Below the pieces are notes generated by a model that had not been told where the DNA came from, ran no database searches, and saw nothing but the letters and a program-made list of their open reading frames with translations. The position numbers and the translations under genes are program-made. From Candidatus Eiseniibacteriota bacterium (GTDB lineage Bacteria; Eisenbacteria; RBG-16-71-46; SZUA-252): a stretch of DNA of 52,633 nucleotides. Positions 9,492 through 19,182 of this stretch are shown here, piece by piece; position 1 is the stretch's first letter; the number at the start of each line of letters is the position of its first letter. The DNA lies in assembly GCA_031397435.1 (NCBI GenBank), contig JANNMC010000080.1, forward strand, positions 1-52,633, written 5' to 3'.

Positions 9492-11691
9492 TCCCCGGTC
9501 CGAGGCGCATCTAGCCCCGCTCCTCGACGCCCTCCGCCGCACCTCCCGCGCTTTCGACGAAGCGGGGATTCGCAGCGCCTACACCTTCGCCGCCGACGCG
9601 CACGCGCCGCAGAAGCGGATGAGCGGCGAGCCCTACATCACCCATCCGGTCGCCGTCGCGACGATCCTGGTCGAACTCCTCGGCTCCGGCGCGGCCACGA
9701 CGCTGGTCCAAGCCGCGCTCCTCCACGATGTCGCGGAGGATACCGAACAGAAACTGGAACAGATTCGCCAGACGTTCGGGCCCGAGGTCGCCGGCCTGGT
9801 GGACGGGGTGACGAAGATCAGCGGTCTCCACCTGGAGCACTCCGAGCGGGAGCAGGCCGAAAACTTCCGAAAGATGCTCTTCTCGATGGCGCGCGATCTT
9901 CGCGTCATCCTCATCAAGCTGGCCGACCGGCTCCACAACATGCGGACGCTGCACGGGCTGAACGCCACGCGCGCCACGAGAGTGGCGCGGGAGACGCGCG
10001 AGATCTACGCGCCGCTGGCCCACCGCCTCGGAATCGGCACGGTGAAGTGGGAACTGGAGGATCTGAGTTTCAAGGCGCTCGACCCGGTCGCGTTCGAAGA
10101 GCTGCGCCAGAAGGTCTCGCTGAAGCGGGAGGAGCGGGCCGCGGTCATCGCGGCCGTGATGGCGCCGGTACGCGAGCGGCTGGCGGAGCTCGGACTCTCC
10201 GCGGAGGTGACGGGGAGACCGAAGCATCTCGAGTCGATCCATCGAAAGATGGTGGCGCAGGGGCGCCGCTTCGAGGAGATCTTCGATCTTCTGGGCGTTC
10301 GCGTGATCACCACCGACAAGGCCGACTGCTATCGCGTCCTCGGCATCGTCCACGACCTCTTCACTCCCGTTCACGACCGCTTCAAGGACTACATCGCGAC
10401 CCCCAAGAGCAACATGTACCAGTCGCTCCATACCACGGTGGTGGCGCCCGCGGGCGTCATGGTGGAGTTCCAGATCCGGACGCGTGAGATGCACCAGATT
10501 TCGGAACTCGGCGTGGCGGCGCACTACCGGTACAAGGAAGGGGGCCGCGAGACGGACGCCGAGCTCCAGGAGAAACTGGGGCCGCTCCTGACCTCCGTCG
10601 ACTTCCAGGGATCGGCGAGCGATCCCGAGGAGTTCATGGACTACCTGAAGACCTCGCTCTACCAGGACGAGGTCTTCGTCTTCACGCCGCGCGGAGACCT
10701 GAAGCGGCTGCCCCGGGGAGCCACACCGCTCGATTTCGCCTACCACGTCCACACGGATGTCGGTCACCGCTGCGTCGGCGCCAAGGTGGATGGGCGGATC
10801 ATTCCGCTCCGCACGGCGCTGCGAAACGGCGATCACGTCATGATCATCACGTCGCCGATGGGGAAGCCGACGCGCGACTGGCTGAAAATCGTGAAGACCG
10901 CCAGCGCCCGGAACAAGATCCGGCACTGGCTCAAGGTCGCCGCGCAGGCCGACAGCGTCGTGCTCGGGAAGGAAATGCTCGATCGCGAGATCCGCCGCCG
11001 CCGGCTCACGCCTCCCCCGGGACTCTCGCTGGAGGAGCTGGCGGCCGCGCTCGGTCACGCCGACGTGGCCTCGCTCCACGCGGCGATCGGATCGGGCGAC
11101 ATCTCCATCGTTCAGGTGCTCCACAAGTGGTTCCCGGACGGCGGCGGGCCGGTGCAGAAGCTGAAGGAGGCCTCGCTCGAGACGTTTCGCGCGATCACCG
11201 GCCGCGCATCGAAAGGGGTGCGCCTGCAGGGCGTGGACAATCTCATGCTGACGTACGCGAAGTGCTGCCAGCCGGTCCCCGGCGACGCCGTCGTCGGCAT
11301 CGTGACGCGCGGCCGAGGTATCACCGTTCACCGGACCGATTGCCCCAACACGTTCGATGGCCGCGTCATGCCCGAGCGGCGCGTGGCGGTGGAATGGAGC
11401 AGCGCGACCGAAGAGTCGTTCGCGGTGAAGCTTTCCATTTACGGAGCCGATCGCACCAGCTTCCTGGCCGATATCGCGAAGGCGATTGCCGCGACCAACA
11501 CGAACATCCGCACCGCGGGGATCAAGGCGAGCGACAAGAACGCGCGCGGCGCCTTTGTCGTCGAGGTGCGCGATCTCGACCACCTTCGCCAGGTGATGCA
11601 GGCGGTGGAGCGGGTGCCTGGCGTCGAGGCGGTCGACCGCGAGCAGGTGTTCGGGACTCCTCGGGGCGGCTCGCGGGGGACTCCCTCGTGA
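9475..11691 (+). CDS. rel: Bifunctional (p)ppGpp synthetase/hydrolase (long RSH)
   Basis: PYITHP, LHDVAED (HD), KLADRLHNMRTL, YQSLHT, EFQIRT, TGS domain, CCQPVPGD, C-terminal ACT. Confidence 0.96.
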   Translation: MDPAPDPRSEAHLAPLLDALRRTSRAFDEAGIRSAYTFAADAHAPQKRMSGEPYITHPVAVATILVELLGSGAATTLVQAALLHDVAEDTEQKLEQIRQTFGPEVAGLVDGVTKISGLHLEHSEREQAENFRKMLFSMARDLRVILIKLADRLHNMRTLHGLNATRATRVARETREIYAPLAHRLGIGTVKWELEDLSFKALDPVAFEELRQKVSLKREERAAVIAAVMAPVRERLAELGLSAEVTGRPKHLESIHRKMVAQGRRFEEIFDLLGVRVITTDKADCYRVLGIVHDLFTPVHDRFKDYIATPKSNMYQSLHTTVVAPAGVMVEFQIRTREMHQISELGVAAHYRYKEGGRETDAELQEKLGPLLTSVDFQGSASDPEEFMDYLKTSLYQDEVFVFTPRGDLKRLPRGATPLDFAYHVHTDVGHRCVGAKVDGRIIPLRTALRNGDHVMIITSPMGKPTRDWLKIVKTASARNKIRHWLKVAAQADSVVLGKEMLDREIRRRRLTPPPGLSLEELAAALGHADVASLHAAIGSGDISIVQVLHKWFPDGGGPVQKLKEASLETFRAITGRASKGVRLQGVDNLMLTYAKCCQPVPGDAVVGIVTRGRGITVHRTDCPNTFDGRVMPERRVAVEWSSATEESFAVKLSIYGADRTSFLADIAKAIAATNTNIRTAGIKASDKNARGAFVVEVRDLDHLRQVMQAVERVPGVEAVDREQVFGTPRGGSRGTPS

Positions 11692-12146
11692 GAGCGTTGC
11701 TCCAGCGCGTGAGCCGCGCCGCCGTGCGCGTGGACGGAGCCGAAGTCGGAGCGATCGGCCCGGGGCTCCTGGTCCTCCTCGGCGTGGCCGCGGGAGACGA
11801 GGGGGGCGCGGCCGACCGTTTAGCCGAGCGTGTCGCCTCCTACCGGATCTTCGAGGACGAAGCGGGAAAGATGAATTGCTCCGTGCGAGACACGGCCGGC
11901 TCGGTCCTCGTGGTCTCGCAGTTCACCCTCTGCGCGGACACCTCGAGCGGGCGGCGTCCGGGCTTCGAGCCGGCCGCGGCTCCGACCGCCGCGGAGCCGC
12001 TCTACGAGCGCTTCTGCGCGGCGTTGGAACGGTCCGGCGTTCCGGTTCGGCGCGGGCGATTCGGTGCGGCCATGGAAGTGGAACTGGTGAATCGCGGTCC
12101 CGTGACGTTCCTCCTCGATACGGATCCGCCGGCGGGGAAGGGCTGA
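11688..12146 (+). CDS. dtd: D-aminoacyl-tRNA deacylase
   Basis: RALLQRV, SQFTL, GRRPGF, FGA.M.V.LVN.GPVT; GTGA overlap with rel stop. Confidence 0.95.
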   Translation: MRALLQRVSRAAVRVDGAEVGAIGPGLLVLLGVAAGDEGGAADRLAERVASYRIFEDEAGKMNCSVRDTAGSVLVVSQFTLCADTSSGRRPGFEPAAAPTAAEPLYERFCAALERSGVPVRRGRFGAAMEVELVNRGPVTFLLDTDPPAGKG

Positions 12147-12772
12147 TGCGTGCGAATCTTCTCAATCCCTTCGGGCCCCGCTTGATTCTCGCATCCCGCT
12201 CCCCGCGGCGGGCCGAACTCCTGCGGCTGGTCGGTGCGCAGTTCGAGGTCGCTCCGGCCGACGTGGACGAGAGTGCGCTCCCCGAGGAGAGGGCCGAGGC
12301 GCACGTGCTTCGGTTGGCCGAGTCGAAGGCGCGCGCTTCCGCGCACCGCGCGGCATCCGCCGGGGAAGAGGGGACGCTCGTTCTGGGAGCCGACACGATC
12401 GTCACCCTCGATCGCGCCATCCTGGGCAAGCCCGCCGGCGAGGAGGAAGCGCGGCGAATGCTCGCGGCGCTCTCGGGCCGGGTTCATGAAGTCTGGACGG
12501 GCCTCTTCCTCTTCGATCCGACGCACGACCGTGGCGTCGGGGAAGCGGTGCGGAGCATCGTGAAGTTCTCGCGGCTGGATTCGGACGAGATCGACCGCTA
12601 CGTGGCGACCGGGGAGCCGCTCGACAAGGCGGGAGCCTACGCGGTGCAAGGCTACGGCGCCGCGTTCGTGGAGGCGATCGAGGGTTCCTATTCGAACGTG
12701 GTGGGGCTTCCGCTCGGACATCTGCGCCATCTTCTTCGGCTGGCGCGCGGCGACGGATCGGAGGCGGCGTAG
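12146..12772 (+). CDS. maf: Maf family nucleoside triphosphate pyrophosphatase
   Basis: LILASRSPRR, GADT, LGKP, DKAGAY, GSYSNVVGLP. Confidence 0.94.
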   Translation: MRANLLNPFGPRLILASRSPRRAELLRLVGAQFEVAPADVDESALPEERAEAHVLRLAESKARASAHRAASAGEEGTLVLGADTIVTLDRAILGKPAGEEEARRMLAALSGRVHEVWTGLFLFDPTHDRGVGEAVRSIVKFSRLDSDEIDRYVATGEPLDKAGAYAVQGYGAAFVEAIEGSYSNVVGLPLGHLRHLLRLARGDGSEAA

Positions 12773-13816
12773 GTGGATCCCCTTCGCTACGAAGGCGGAC
12801 GCGTCCTTCTGCTCGATCAGACGCTCCTGCCGGAGCGCGAGAGCTGGGTGGAGGCCAGCGACGCCGATACCATGGCGGAAGCGATCGCGCGACTGCGACT
12901 GCGCGGCGCTCCGGCCATCGGCATCGGCGCGGCGCTCGCGATGGCCGCCGAGGCCGCGCGCGGCGGGACGCTCCCCGCTGGCCGCGCGCGGCTTCGCCGT
13001 GCCGCGGAGACGCTTCGGGCGTCTCGCCCCACCGCGGTCAATCTGGCCTGGGCGTGCGATCGCGTGCTTGCCGCGGCCGACGCGGCCGCGAGCGATCCGG
13101 CCGGCGCGGACACTGGAGCATGGGCCGCGGCTGTGGGCCGTGAAGCCATGGCCATCTGGGACGAGGACCGCGCGGCCTCGCGCTCGATGGCGGAACATGG
13201 CGCCTCGCTCTTCCCGCGCGAATGCCGCTTCCTCACGCACTGCAATACCGGGGGACTGGCCACGGGAGGTGGGGGGACGGCGCTCGGCGTGATCCTGGAG
13301 CTCCACCGCCGCGGCGATCGCGCGGTGCGGGTCTGGGCCACGGAAACACGGCCGCTTCTCCAGGGGGCCAGGCTGACCGCGTGGGAGCTACTCCGGGCCG
13401 GCGTGGATGCCCGGCTCGTTACGGACGGCGCCGGGGCGTTCATCATCGCCAGGAGGGGCATCGAGGCCGTCCTGGTGGGCGCCGACCGAATCGCCCGGAA
13501 CGGGGACGTGGCGAACAAGATCGGGACCTATTCCCTGGCTCTGGCGGCCCGGGCGGCCGGAATTCCCTTCGTCGTGGTCGCCCCGACCAGTACTCTCGAT
13601 CCTGCAACCGCCGACGGAGGGTCGATCCCGGTGGAGGAGCGGGATTCCTCGGAAGTGACTACCTTCCGCGGAGTTCCGATGGCGCCGGAGGGGATGCTGG
13701 CGGAGAATCCGGCCTTTGACATCACTCCGGCGGCCCTCGTGACCGCCCTGGTCACGGAGCGGGGGGTCCACGCTCCCCCGGAGAAGGCCTTCGCCGGCGT
13801 TGACAGCCGTTCCTAA
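12773..13816 (+). CDS. mtnA: S-methyl-5-thioribose-1-phosphate isomerase
   Basis: LDQTLLP, RGAPAIG, RPTAVNL, THCNTG.LAT, ETRP.LQGARLT, GADRIA.NGD.ANKIGTY, NPAFDITP. Confidence 0.95.
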   Translation: MDPLRYEGGRVLLLDQTLLPERESWVEASDADTMAEAIARLRLRGAPAIGIGAALAMAAEAARGGTLPAGRARLRRAAETLRASRPTAVNLAWACDRVLAAADAAASDPAGADTGAWAAAVGREAMAIWDEDRAASRSMAEHGASLFPRECRFLTHCNTGGLATGGGGTALGVILELHRRGDRAVRVWATETRPLLQGARLTAWELLRAGVDARLVTDGAGAFIIARRGIEAVLVGADRIARNGDVANKIGTYSLALAARAAGIPFVVVAPTSTLDPATADGGSIPVEERDSSEVTTFRGVPMAPEGMLAENPAFDITPAALVTALVTERGVHAPPEKAFAGVDSRS

Positions 13817-13829
13817 CTGCTGGTAGTCT
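13800..13829 (+). promoter_or_regulatory. Putative sigma70 promoter for rplM operon (overlapping the mtnA 3' end)
   Basis: TTGACA-N18-TAGTCT with extended TG. Confidence 0.65.
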
Positions 13830-13870
13830 CTGGCGTTTCGTCATCCTATGCCATAGATGGAGGTTGATCG

Positions 13871-14320
13871 ATGGGCACGTATTCGGTGCGCGCCTCGGAG
13901 ATTCAGCACGACTGGTTCGTGGTGGATGCCGAGGGGCAAATTCTGGGCCGCCTCGCGAGCGAAATCGCGAGCGTTTTGAAGGGGAAGCGCAAGCCTACCT
14001 ACTCGACGCATCTGGACGTCGGCGATCACGTCATCGTGATCAACGCGGACAAGGTGCGCGTGACGGGCCGCAAGCGCGACAACAAGATGTATTTCCGGCA
14101 CTCGCTGTATCCGGGTGGTCACACGCTGACCCGCTTCCGGGACATGCAGCAGGACAAGCCGGAAGAAATCATTCGCCTGGCGGTGAAGGGGATGTTGCCC
14201 CACAACCGTCTTGGGCGGGCCATGGTCAAGAAACTTCAAGTGTACGCCGGAAAAGCGCATCCGCACGCGGCTCAGCAGCCGAAGCCGCTGCCGCTTCCCG
14301 GCACGATGGGAGGTGAGTGA
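13871..14320 (+). CDS. rplM: 50S ribosomal protein L13
   Basis: [42 protein letters not shown]; GGAGG SD. Confidence 0.98.
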   Translation: MGTYSVRASEIQHDWFVVDAEGQILGRLASEIASVLKGKRKPTYSTHLDVGDHVIVINADKVRVTGRKRDNKMYFRHSLYPGGHTLTRFRDMQQDKPEEIIRLAVKGMLPHNRLGRAMVKKLQVYAGKAHPHAAQQPKPLPLPGTMGGE

Positions 14321-14712
14321 CTCTGGCCACTGCATTTGCAGCTACGGGACGCCGCAAGTCGTCCGTCGCTCGCGTTCGCCTGATCCCCGGAGCGGGGAAG
14401 CGCACCGTGAACGGCGTCGAGTTGGAGAAGTACTTCTGCCGGATTTCGCTGAGCCGTACGGCCACCGAGCCGCTCCTCACCACGAATCTGGGAGACAAGT
14501 TCGACCTCGTCGCGAGCGTTCACGGGGGCGGACACGCGGGACAAGCCGGCGCGATTTGCCTTGGCGTCGCGCGTGCGATTCAGCTGGCGGATCCGGCGCT
14601 TCGCGGACAGCTCGGCAAGGAAGGTTTCTTGACCCGGGACTCCCGCATGAAGGAGCGCAAGAAGTACGGACAGGCCGGCGCCCGCAAGAAGTTCCAGTTC
14701 TCCAAGCGGTAA
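14317..14712 (+). CDS. rpsI: 30S ribosomal protein S9
   Basis: [36 protein letters not shown]. Confidence 0.98.
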   Translation: MTLATAFAATGRRKSSVARVRLIPGAGKRTVNGVELEKYFCRISLSRTATEPLLTTNLGDKFDLVASVHGGGHAGQAGAICLGVARAIQLADPALRGQLGKEGFLTRDSRMKERKKYGQAGARKKFQFSKR

Positions 14713-14731
14713 TCGAAGTACGGCTGTACGA

Positions 14732-14836
14732 GACGGCGGAGTGCCCGCCGTCATCACGCACGCCCCGGGCCGCGGCGCCGGTCTCCCGAGTGGGAGCGCG
14801 AAGCGGATCGAAGGGGCGGAGGTTCAAGACCGGAGG
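14732..14836 (+). promoter_or_regulatory. Putative rpsB (S2) leader RNA
   Basis: CACGCA then CGCCCC (14761-66) pairing with GGGGCG (14813-18) followed by GAGG, like the t44/rpsB leader layout; upstream 8-bp hairpin 14732-14752. Confidence 0.55.
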
Positions 14837-14844
14837 TATTGCCT

Positions 14845-15642
14845 GTGGCTGATGTTGGCATGAAGGAACTGCTCGAAGCGGGTGTCCACTTCGGGCATCA
14901 GACCCGCCGCTGGAATCCCAAGATGAAGAAGTTCATTTTCATCGAGCGGAATGGGATCTACATCATCGATCTCCAGAAGACCCTGAAAGCCCTCCAGGAC
15001 GCACGCGCCGCGCTCGATGACATCGCGCGCCGGGGCGGCACCGTTCTCTTCGTGGGAACCAAGCGCCAGGCGAAGGACACGATCATGGAGGAGGCCGAGC
15101 GCTGCGGCATGCCGTACGTGAACGAGCGCTGGCTCGGCGGCATGCTCACGAACTTCAAGACCATCAAGTCGAACCTCCGCCGCTTCAAGGAACTCGACAA
15201 GATGAAAGCGGATGGCACCTTCGATAAGCTCTCGAAGAAGGAGCAGTCGCAGCTCGGCAAGGAAATGACGCGGCTGGTGAAGATCTTCACGGGCATCAAG
15301 GAGGTCACGAACCTTCCGGCCGCGGTGTTCGTCATCGATACGAAGAAAGAGCGCATCGCGGTCGCCGAGGCGAATCGTCTCGGCGTTCCGGTATTCGGCG
15401 TGGTGGACACGAACTGCGATCCGGAAGTGATCGACTTCCCGATTCCTGGGAACGACGACGCGATCCGCGCGATCCGGCTCTTTGCCCGTTTTGTGAGCGA
15501 CACCGTGATGAACGCCCGTCAAGAGGCGCGCGAAGGGGCCGATCTGGCGGCGATGATGGCGGCGAAGGCCGCCGCCGACGCACCCGTGGCGGCCATGTCT
15601 CCGGCCTCCGCACCGGCCCCGGCCGCGAGCGCCAAGGCCTAG
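14845..15642 (+). CDS. rpsB: 30S ribosomal protein S2
   Basis: LLEAGVHFGHQT.RWNPKM, FVGTK, RWLGGMLTN, DTNCDP, PGNDDAIR; GTG 8 nt after GGAGG. Confidence 0.98.
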   Translation: MADVGMKELLEAGVHFGHQTRRWNPKMKKFIFIERNGIYIIDLQKTLKALQDARAALDDIARRGGTVLFVGTKRQAKDTIMEEAERCGMPYVNERWLGGMLTNFKTIKSNLRRFKELDKMKADGTFDKLSKKEQSQLGKEMTRLVKIFTGIKEVTNLPAAVFVIDTKKERIAVAEANRLGVPVFGVVDTNCDPEVIDFPIPGNDDAIRAIRLFARFVSDTVMNARQEAREGADLAAMMAAKAAADAPVAAMSPASAPAPAASAKA

Positions 15643-15668
15643 TCTCAGTCCCCTCGAAGGAGAACCCC

Positions 15669-16265
15669 ATGACGATCACCGCCTCGCTCGTGAAGGACCT
15701 TCGCGAGCGGACCGGAGCAGGGATGATGGAGTGCAAGAAGGCCCTGTCCGAGGCGAATGGAGATATCGAGAAGGCGATCGACAACCTGCGCAAACAGGGT
15801 GTCCTTCGCGCGGCGTCCAAGGCCGGCCGCGAAGCGCGGCAGGGTCTCGTCTACACCTACATCCATCCGGGCGATCAGCTGGGCGTGATGATCGAAGTCA
15901 ATTGCGAGACCGACTTCGTGGCGCGCACCGACGACTTCCGGGATCTGGTCAAGGGTCTGGCCATGCAGATCGCGGCGACCACGGCGACGTCCGTATCGCG
16001 CGAACAGATCGACCCCGCGCTGGTGGCGAAGGAGCGCGACGTGCTCCTGGAGCAGGCGCGCAGCTCCGGCAAGCCGGAAGCCATCTTGCAGAAGATGGTC
16101 GAAGGCCGCCTCGAGAAGTTCTACGAGGATGTCGTCCTCCTGGAGCAGCCGACCATCCGGGATCCGGATCGCAAGGTCAAGGATCTCATCGACCAGATGA
16201 TCTCGAAAATCGGCGAGAACATCGTCGTCCGGCGATTCGTGAAATTCCGCATCGGAGAGAACTAG
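15669..16265 (+). CDS. tsf: Elongation factor Ts (short form)
   Basis: VK.LRERTGAGMMECKKAL, EVNCETDFVA; 198 aa. Confidence 0.97.
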   Translation: MTITASLVKDLRERTGAGMMECKKALSEANGDIEKAIDNLRKQGVLRAASKAGREARQGLVYTYIHPGDQLGVMIEVNCETDFVARTDDFRDLVKGLAMQIAATTATSVSREQIDPALVAKERDVLLEQARSSGKPEAILQKMVEGRLEKFYEDVVLLEQPTIRDPDRKVKDLIDQMISKIGENIVVRRFVKFRIGEN

Positions 16266-16269
16266 GACC

Positions 16270-16989
16270 GTGGACGGCGCTCCCCGGCGCGTCCTTCTGA
16301 AATTGAGCGGCGAGGTGCTGGCCGGCGCTGCCGGCCAGGGAATCGCCGCCGCCGCGATCGGCCGCCTGGCGGAGGAGATCCGCGAGGGGCTGGAGGGCGG
16401 CACCCAACTCGCCATCGTGATCGGGGGCGGGAACCTCATCCGCGGCACCACCGCGGCGGGGGAGGGCTTCGACCGGGCCGCCGGCGATGCCATGGGGATG
16501 CTGGCCACCGTGATCAACGCGCTGGCGCTGCAGGACGGGCTGGAGCACCGCGGCCTCTCCACCCGGGTCATGACCGCCATCGAGATGCGATCGCTGGCGG
16601 AGCCCTACATCCGCCGCCGCGCGGTCCGGCATCTCGAGAAGGGCCGCATCGTGATCCTCGCGGCCGGCACCGGCCATCCCTACTTCACGACCGACACCGC
16701 CGCCGTCCTGAGGGCCGTGGAGATCGACGCGGACGTTCTGCTGAAGGCCACGAAAGTGGACGGGGTCTTCACGGCGGATCCGCGGCTCAATCCCGACGCG
16801 ACCCGCTACGACTCCCTTCAATATAGCGAAGCCATCAATCGCAGGCTCAATGTCATGGACATGACCGCGTTCACGATGGGAATGGACCACCATGTTCCCC
16901 TCGTGGTCTTCAACGTCACCGTCGCCGGCAATCTCGTCATGGCGCTTCGGGGCGAGAAGGTCGGAACGCGCGTCGCCGTGGAGGTCTAG
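16270..16989 (+). CDS. pyrH: UMP kinase
   Basis: LLKLSGE, GGGN, D.MGMLAT, GTG.PYFTTD, KAT.VDGV. Confidence 0.97.
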   Translation: MDGAPRRVLLKLSGEVLAGAAGQGIAAAAIGRLAEEIREGLEGGTQLAIVIGGGNLIRGTTAAGEGFDRAAGDAMGMLATVINALALQDGLEHRGLSTRVMTAIEMRSLAEPYIRRRAVRHLEKGRIVILAAGTGHPYFTTDTAAVLRAVEIDADVLLKATKVDGVFTADPRLNPDATRYDSLQYSEAINRRLNVMDMTAFTMGMDHHVPLVVFNVTVAGNLVMALRGEKVGTRVAVEV

Positions 16990-16990
16990 G

Positions 16991-17548
16991 ATGGACCCGA
17001 AAACGCTCAAGGACACCGAAGATCGGATGAAGAAGGCGGTGGAGACGATCCGTAACGAGGTCGCCACCGTTCGTACGAATCGCGCGACGACGTCGTTGCT
17101 GGACGGCATCAAGGTGGACTACTACGGCACACCGACTCCGCTCCAGCAGGTGGCGAGCGTCAGTGTCCCGGAGCCGCGCATGCTGGTGATCCAACCGTGG
17201 GAGCGCTCCACGCTGATCGAGATCGTGAAAGCGATCCAGAAGTCCGATCTTGGCCTGACTCCGGTGGACGACGGGACGGTCATCCGGCTCTCGCTGCCCG
17301 CGCTGACCGAAGAGCGCCGCAAAGATCTGGTAAAGGTCCTGGGGCGGCTGATCGAAGACGGGCGCGTCCGTATCCGGACCATCCGCCACGAGGTGAACGA
17401 CGACCTGAAGAAGCTGGAACGGGATCACAAGGTCTCGGAGGATGACGCGAAGAAGACGCGGACGGACGTGCAGAAGTTGCACGATCGCTACATCGCCCTC
17501 CTCGACGAGCTGTTCCAGAAGAAGCAGGTCGAGATCATGGAGGTCTGA
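16991..17548 (+). CDS. frr: Ribosome recycling factor
   Basis: RT.RA..LLD.I.VDYYG, IQPW, LP.LTEERRK. Confidence 0.97.
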   Translation: MDPKTLKDTEDRMKKAVETIRNEVATVRTNRATTSLLDGIKVDYYGTPTPLQQVASVSVPEPRMLVIQPWERSTLIEIVKAIQKSDLGLTPVDDGTVIRLSLPALTEERRKDLVKVLGRLIEDGRVRIRTIRHEVNDDLKKLERDHKVSEDDAKKTRTDVQKLHDRYIALLDELFQKKQVEIMEV

Positions 17549-17564
17549 CCGGACCGCCGCGCCA

Positions 17565-18311
17565 ATGACTGCCACCGCCACGCAGCCGACGCTGGAGCAG
17601 GTGCTGCGCCTCCCCGTGCCCGCGCATATCGCCATCATCATGGATGGAAACGGCCGCTGGGCCCAGCGGCGAGGGATGCCGCGCCTGATGGGGCACCGCG
17701 CCGGACGCCGCGCGGTGCGCGAGGCCGTGGAAGGGTGCGTCGCGCTCGGCGTGAAAGTGCTCACCCTCTACACGTTCTCCCTGGAGAACTGGGATCGTGG
17801 GCCGCGGGAAGTGCGCGGCCTGATGCGGATCCTCGAACAGGTCCTGACGGACGAACGAGAAGATCTCAAAAAGAGCAACGTCACGCTCCGGACGATCGGA
17901 CGCGTCGACCTCCTCCCCGAACAGAGCCGCGCTGTTCTGGACGAGACGAAGCGCTACCTGGCCGATGGCACCGGTATGACGCTCGTCCTCGCGCTCTCCT
18001 ATGGCGGACGGGCGGAAATCGTCGATGCCGTACGGCGCATCGTCCAGGCCGACCGGAAGAAGCGTCTGCCGCTCGCGCGGATCGACGAGGAGCTCCTCAG
18101 CCGCGAGCTCGACACCGACGGACTCCCCGATCCCGATCTTCTCATCCGGACGAGCGGGGAACTGAGGGTTTCGAACTTCCTCCTCTGGCAGCTCGCCTAC
18201 GCCGAGTTCTGGGTGACCGACACGTTCTGGCCGGACTTCCGTTCCAAGCATCTCTACCAGGCGGTCCATGACTTCCAGCATCGCAGCCGCCGATTCGGCC
18301 GAACGGGCTGA
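17565..18311 (+). CDS. uppS: Undecaprenyl diphosphate synthase
   Basis: HIAIIMDGNGRWA, FS.ENW.R, SYGGR, DPDLLIRTSGE.R.SNFLLWQ. Confidence 0.97.
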   Translation: MTATATQPTLEQVLRLPVPAHIAIIMDGNGRWAQRRGMPRLMGHRAGRRAVREAVEGCVALGVKVLTLYTFSLENWDRGPREVRGLMRILEQVLTDEREDLKKSNVTLRTIGRVDLLPEQSRAVLDETKRYLADGTGMTLVLALSYGGRAEIVDAVRRIVQADRKKRLPLARIDEELLSRELDTDGLPDPDLLIRTSGELRVSNFLLWQLAYAEFWVTDTFWPDFRSKHLYQAVHDFQHRSRRFGRTG

Positions 18312-18318
18312 CCGGAGC

Positions 18319-19182
18319 GTGTCCACGGCCGGCGCCACGTCGTTTCCGCTTCGAGTCGCCACCTCGGTGGTGGCCGTGCCGCTCCTCCTCCTCCTGGCTT
18401 GGGTGGGAGGCGTGGCGTACCTCGCCTTCACGCTCGTGTTGCTCGCCCTCGCGCTCCGGGAGTTCAATCTCCTGCTCGAGTCGAAGGGGCTCCTTCCGCA
18501 CTGGAAGGCGGGAATGGCCGCCGTGCTCCTCGCGCCTGTCGCGGCATTTCAGCGGCTGCGCACGGGGCGGATCCAGGAGTGGCATCTCGGCGCGCTGCTG
18601 ACGATTCTCGTGCTCGGTGTGCTCCTGGCCGAACTCCGCCGCGGCGCCGGGCGCCACGCGATCGCGAACAGCGCGGCGACGCTTCTCGGAGTCTTCTACG
18701 TCGGATGGCTGGGGACCCACATCGTGGCGCTGCGTGAGCTGCCCTGGGTCCTGGGCGAGCCCTACGCGCGCGGGGCGGCGTATGCGATGCTCCCGCTCGT
18801 GATGGTCTGGTGCTGTGACACCGCCGCATACGGCGTCGGCAGGCTCTTCGGGCGCCGCCGGCTGATGCCCGAGGTGAGCCCCAAGAAGACGGCGGAAGGG
18901 GCGTGGGCGGGGCTGATCGCCGCGATCGGGGCCGCGTTCCTCGCACGGGCGACGTTCGCTCCGTTTCTCTCCATTCTCGACGCCACGCTCCTTGGCTTCC
19001 TGGTCGGAGTCTTCGGACAACTCGGCGATCTGGTCGAGTCGCTCCTGAAACGCGACTCGGAGGCGAAGGACACCTCGCAGCTCATTCCCGGTCACGGCGG
19101 CGTGCTCGACCGGTTCGATAGTCTCTTCTTCGCCGCGCCCATCGCCTACTACTACCTCCTCTACCGCGTGGTGACGCCGTGA
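18319..19182 (+). CDS. cdsA: Phosphatidate cytidylyltransferase
   Basis: Multi-TM; DT.AY..G, SPKKT.EG, GDLVES.LKR, IPGHGGVLDRFD. Confidence 0.96.
   Translation: MSTAGATSFPLRVATSVVAVPLLLLLAWVGGVAYLAFTLVLLALALREFNLLLESKGLLPHWKAGMAAVLLAPVAAFQRLRTGRIQEWHLGALLTILVLGVLLAELRRGAGRHAIANSAATLLGVFYVGWLGTHIVALRELPWVLGEPYARGAAYAMLPLVMVWCCDTAAYGVGRLFGRRRLMPEVSPKKTAEGAWAGLIAAIGAAFLARATFAPFLSILDATLLGFLVGVFGQLGDLVESLLKRDSEAKDTSQLIPGHGGVLDRFDSLFFAAPIAYYYLLYRVVTP

Noticed and set aside
13830-13870. Possible L13 leader hairpin next to the rplM SD
   Set aside because: Stems are short and imperfect; cannot be supported without a covariance model.
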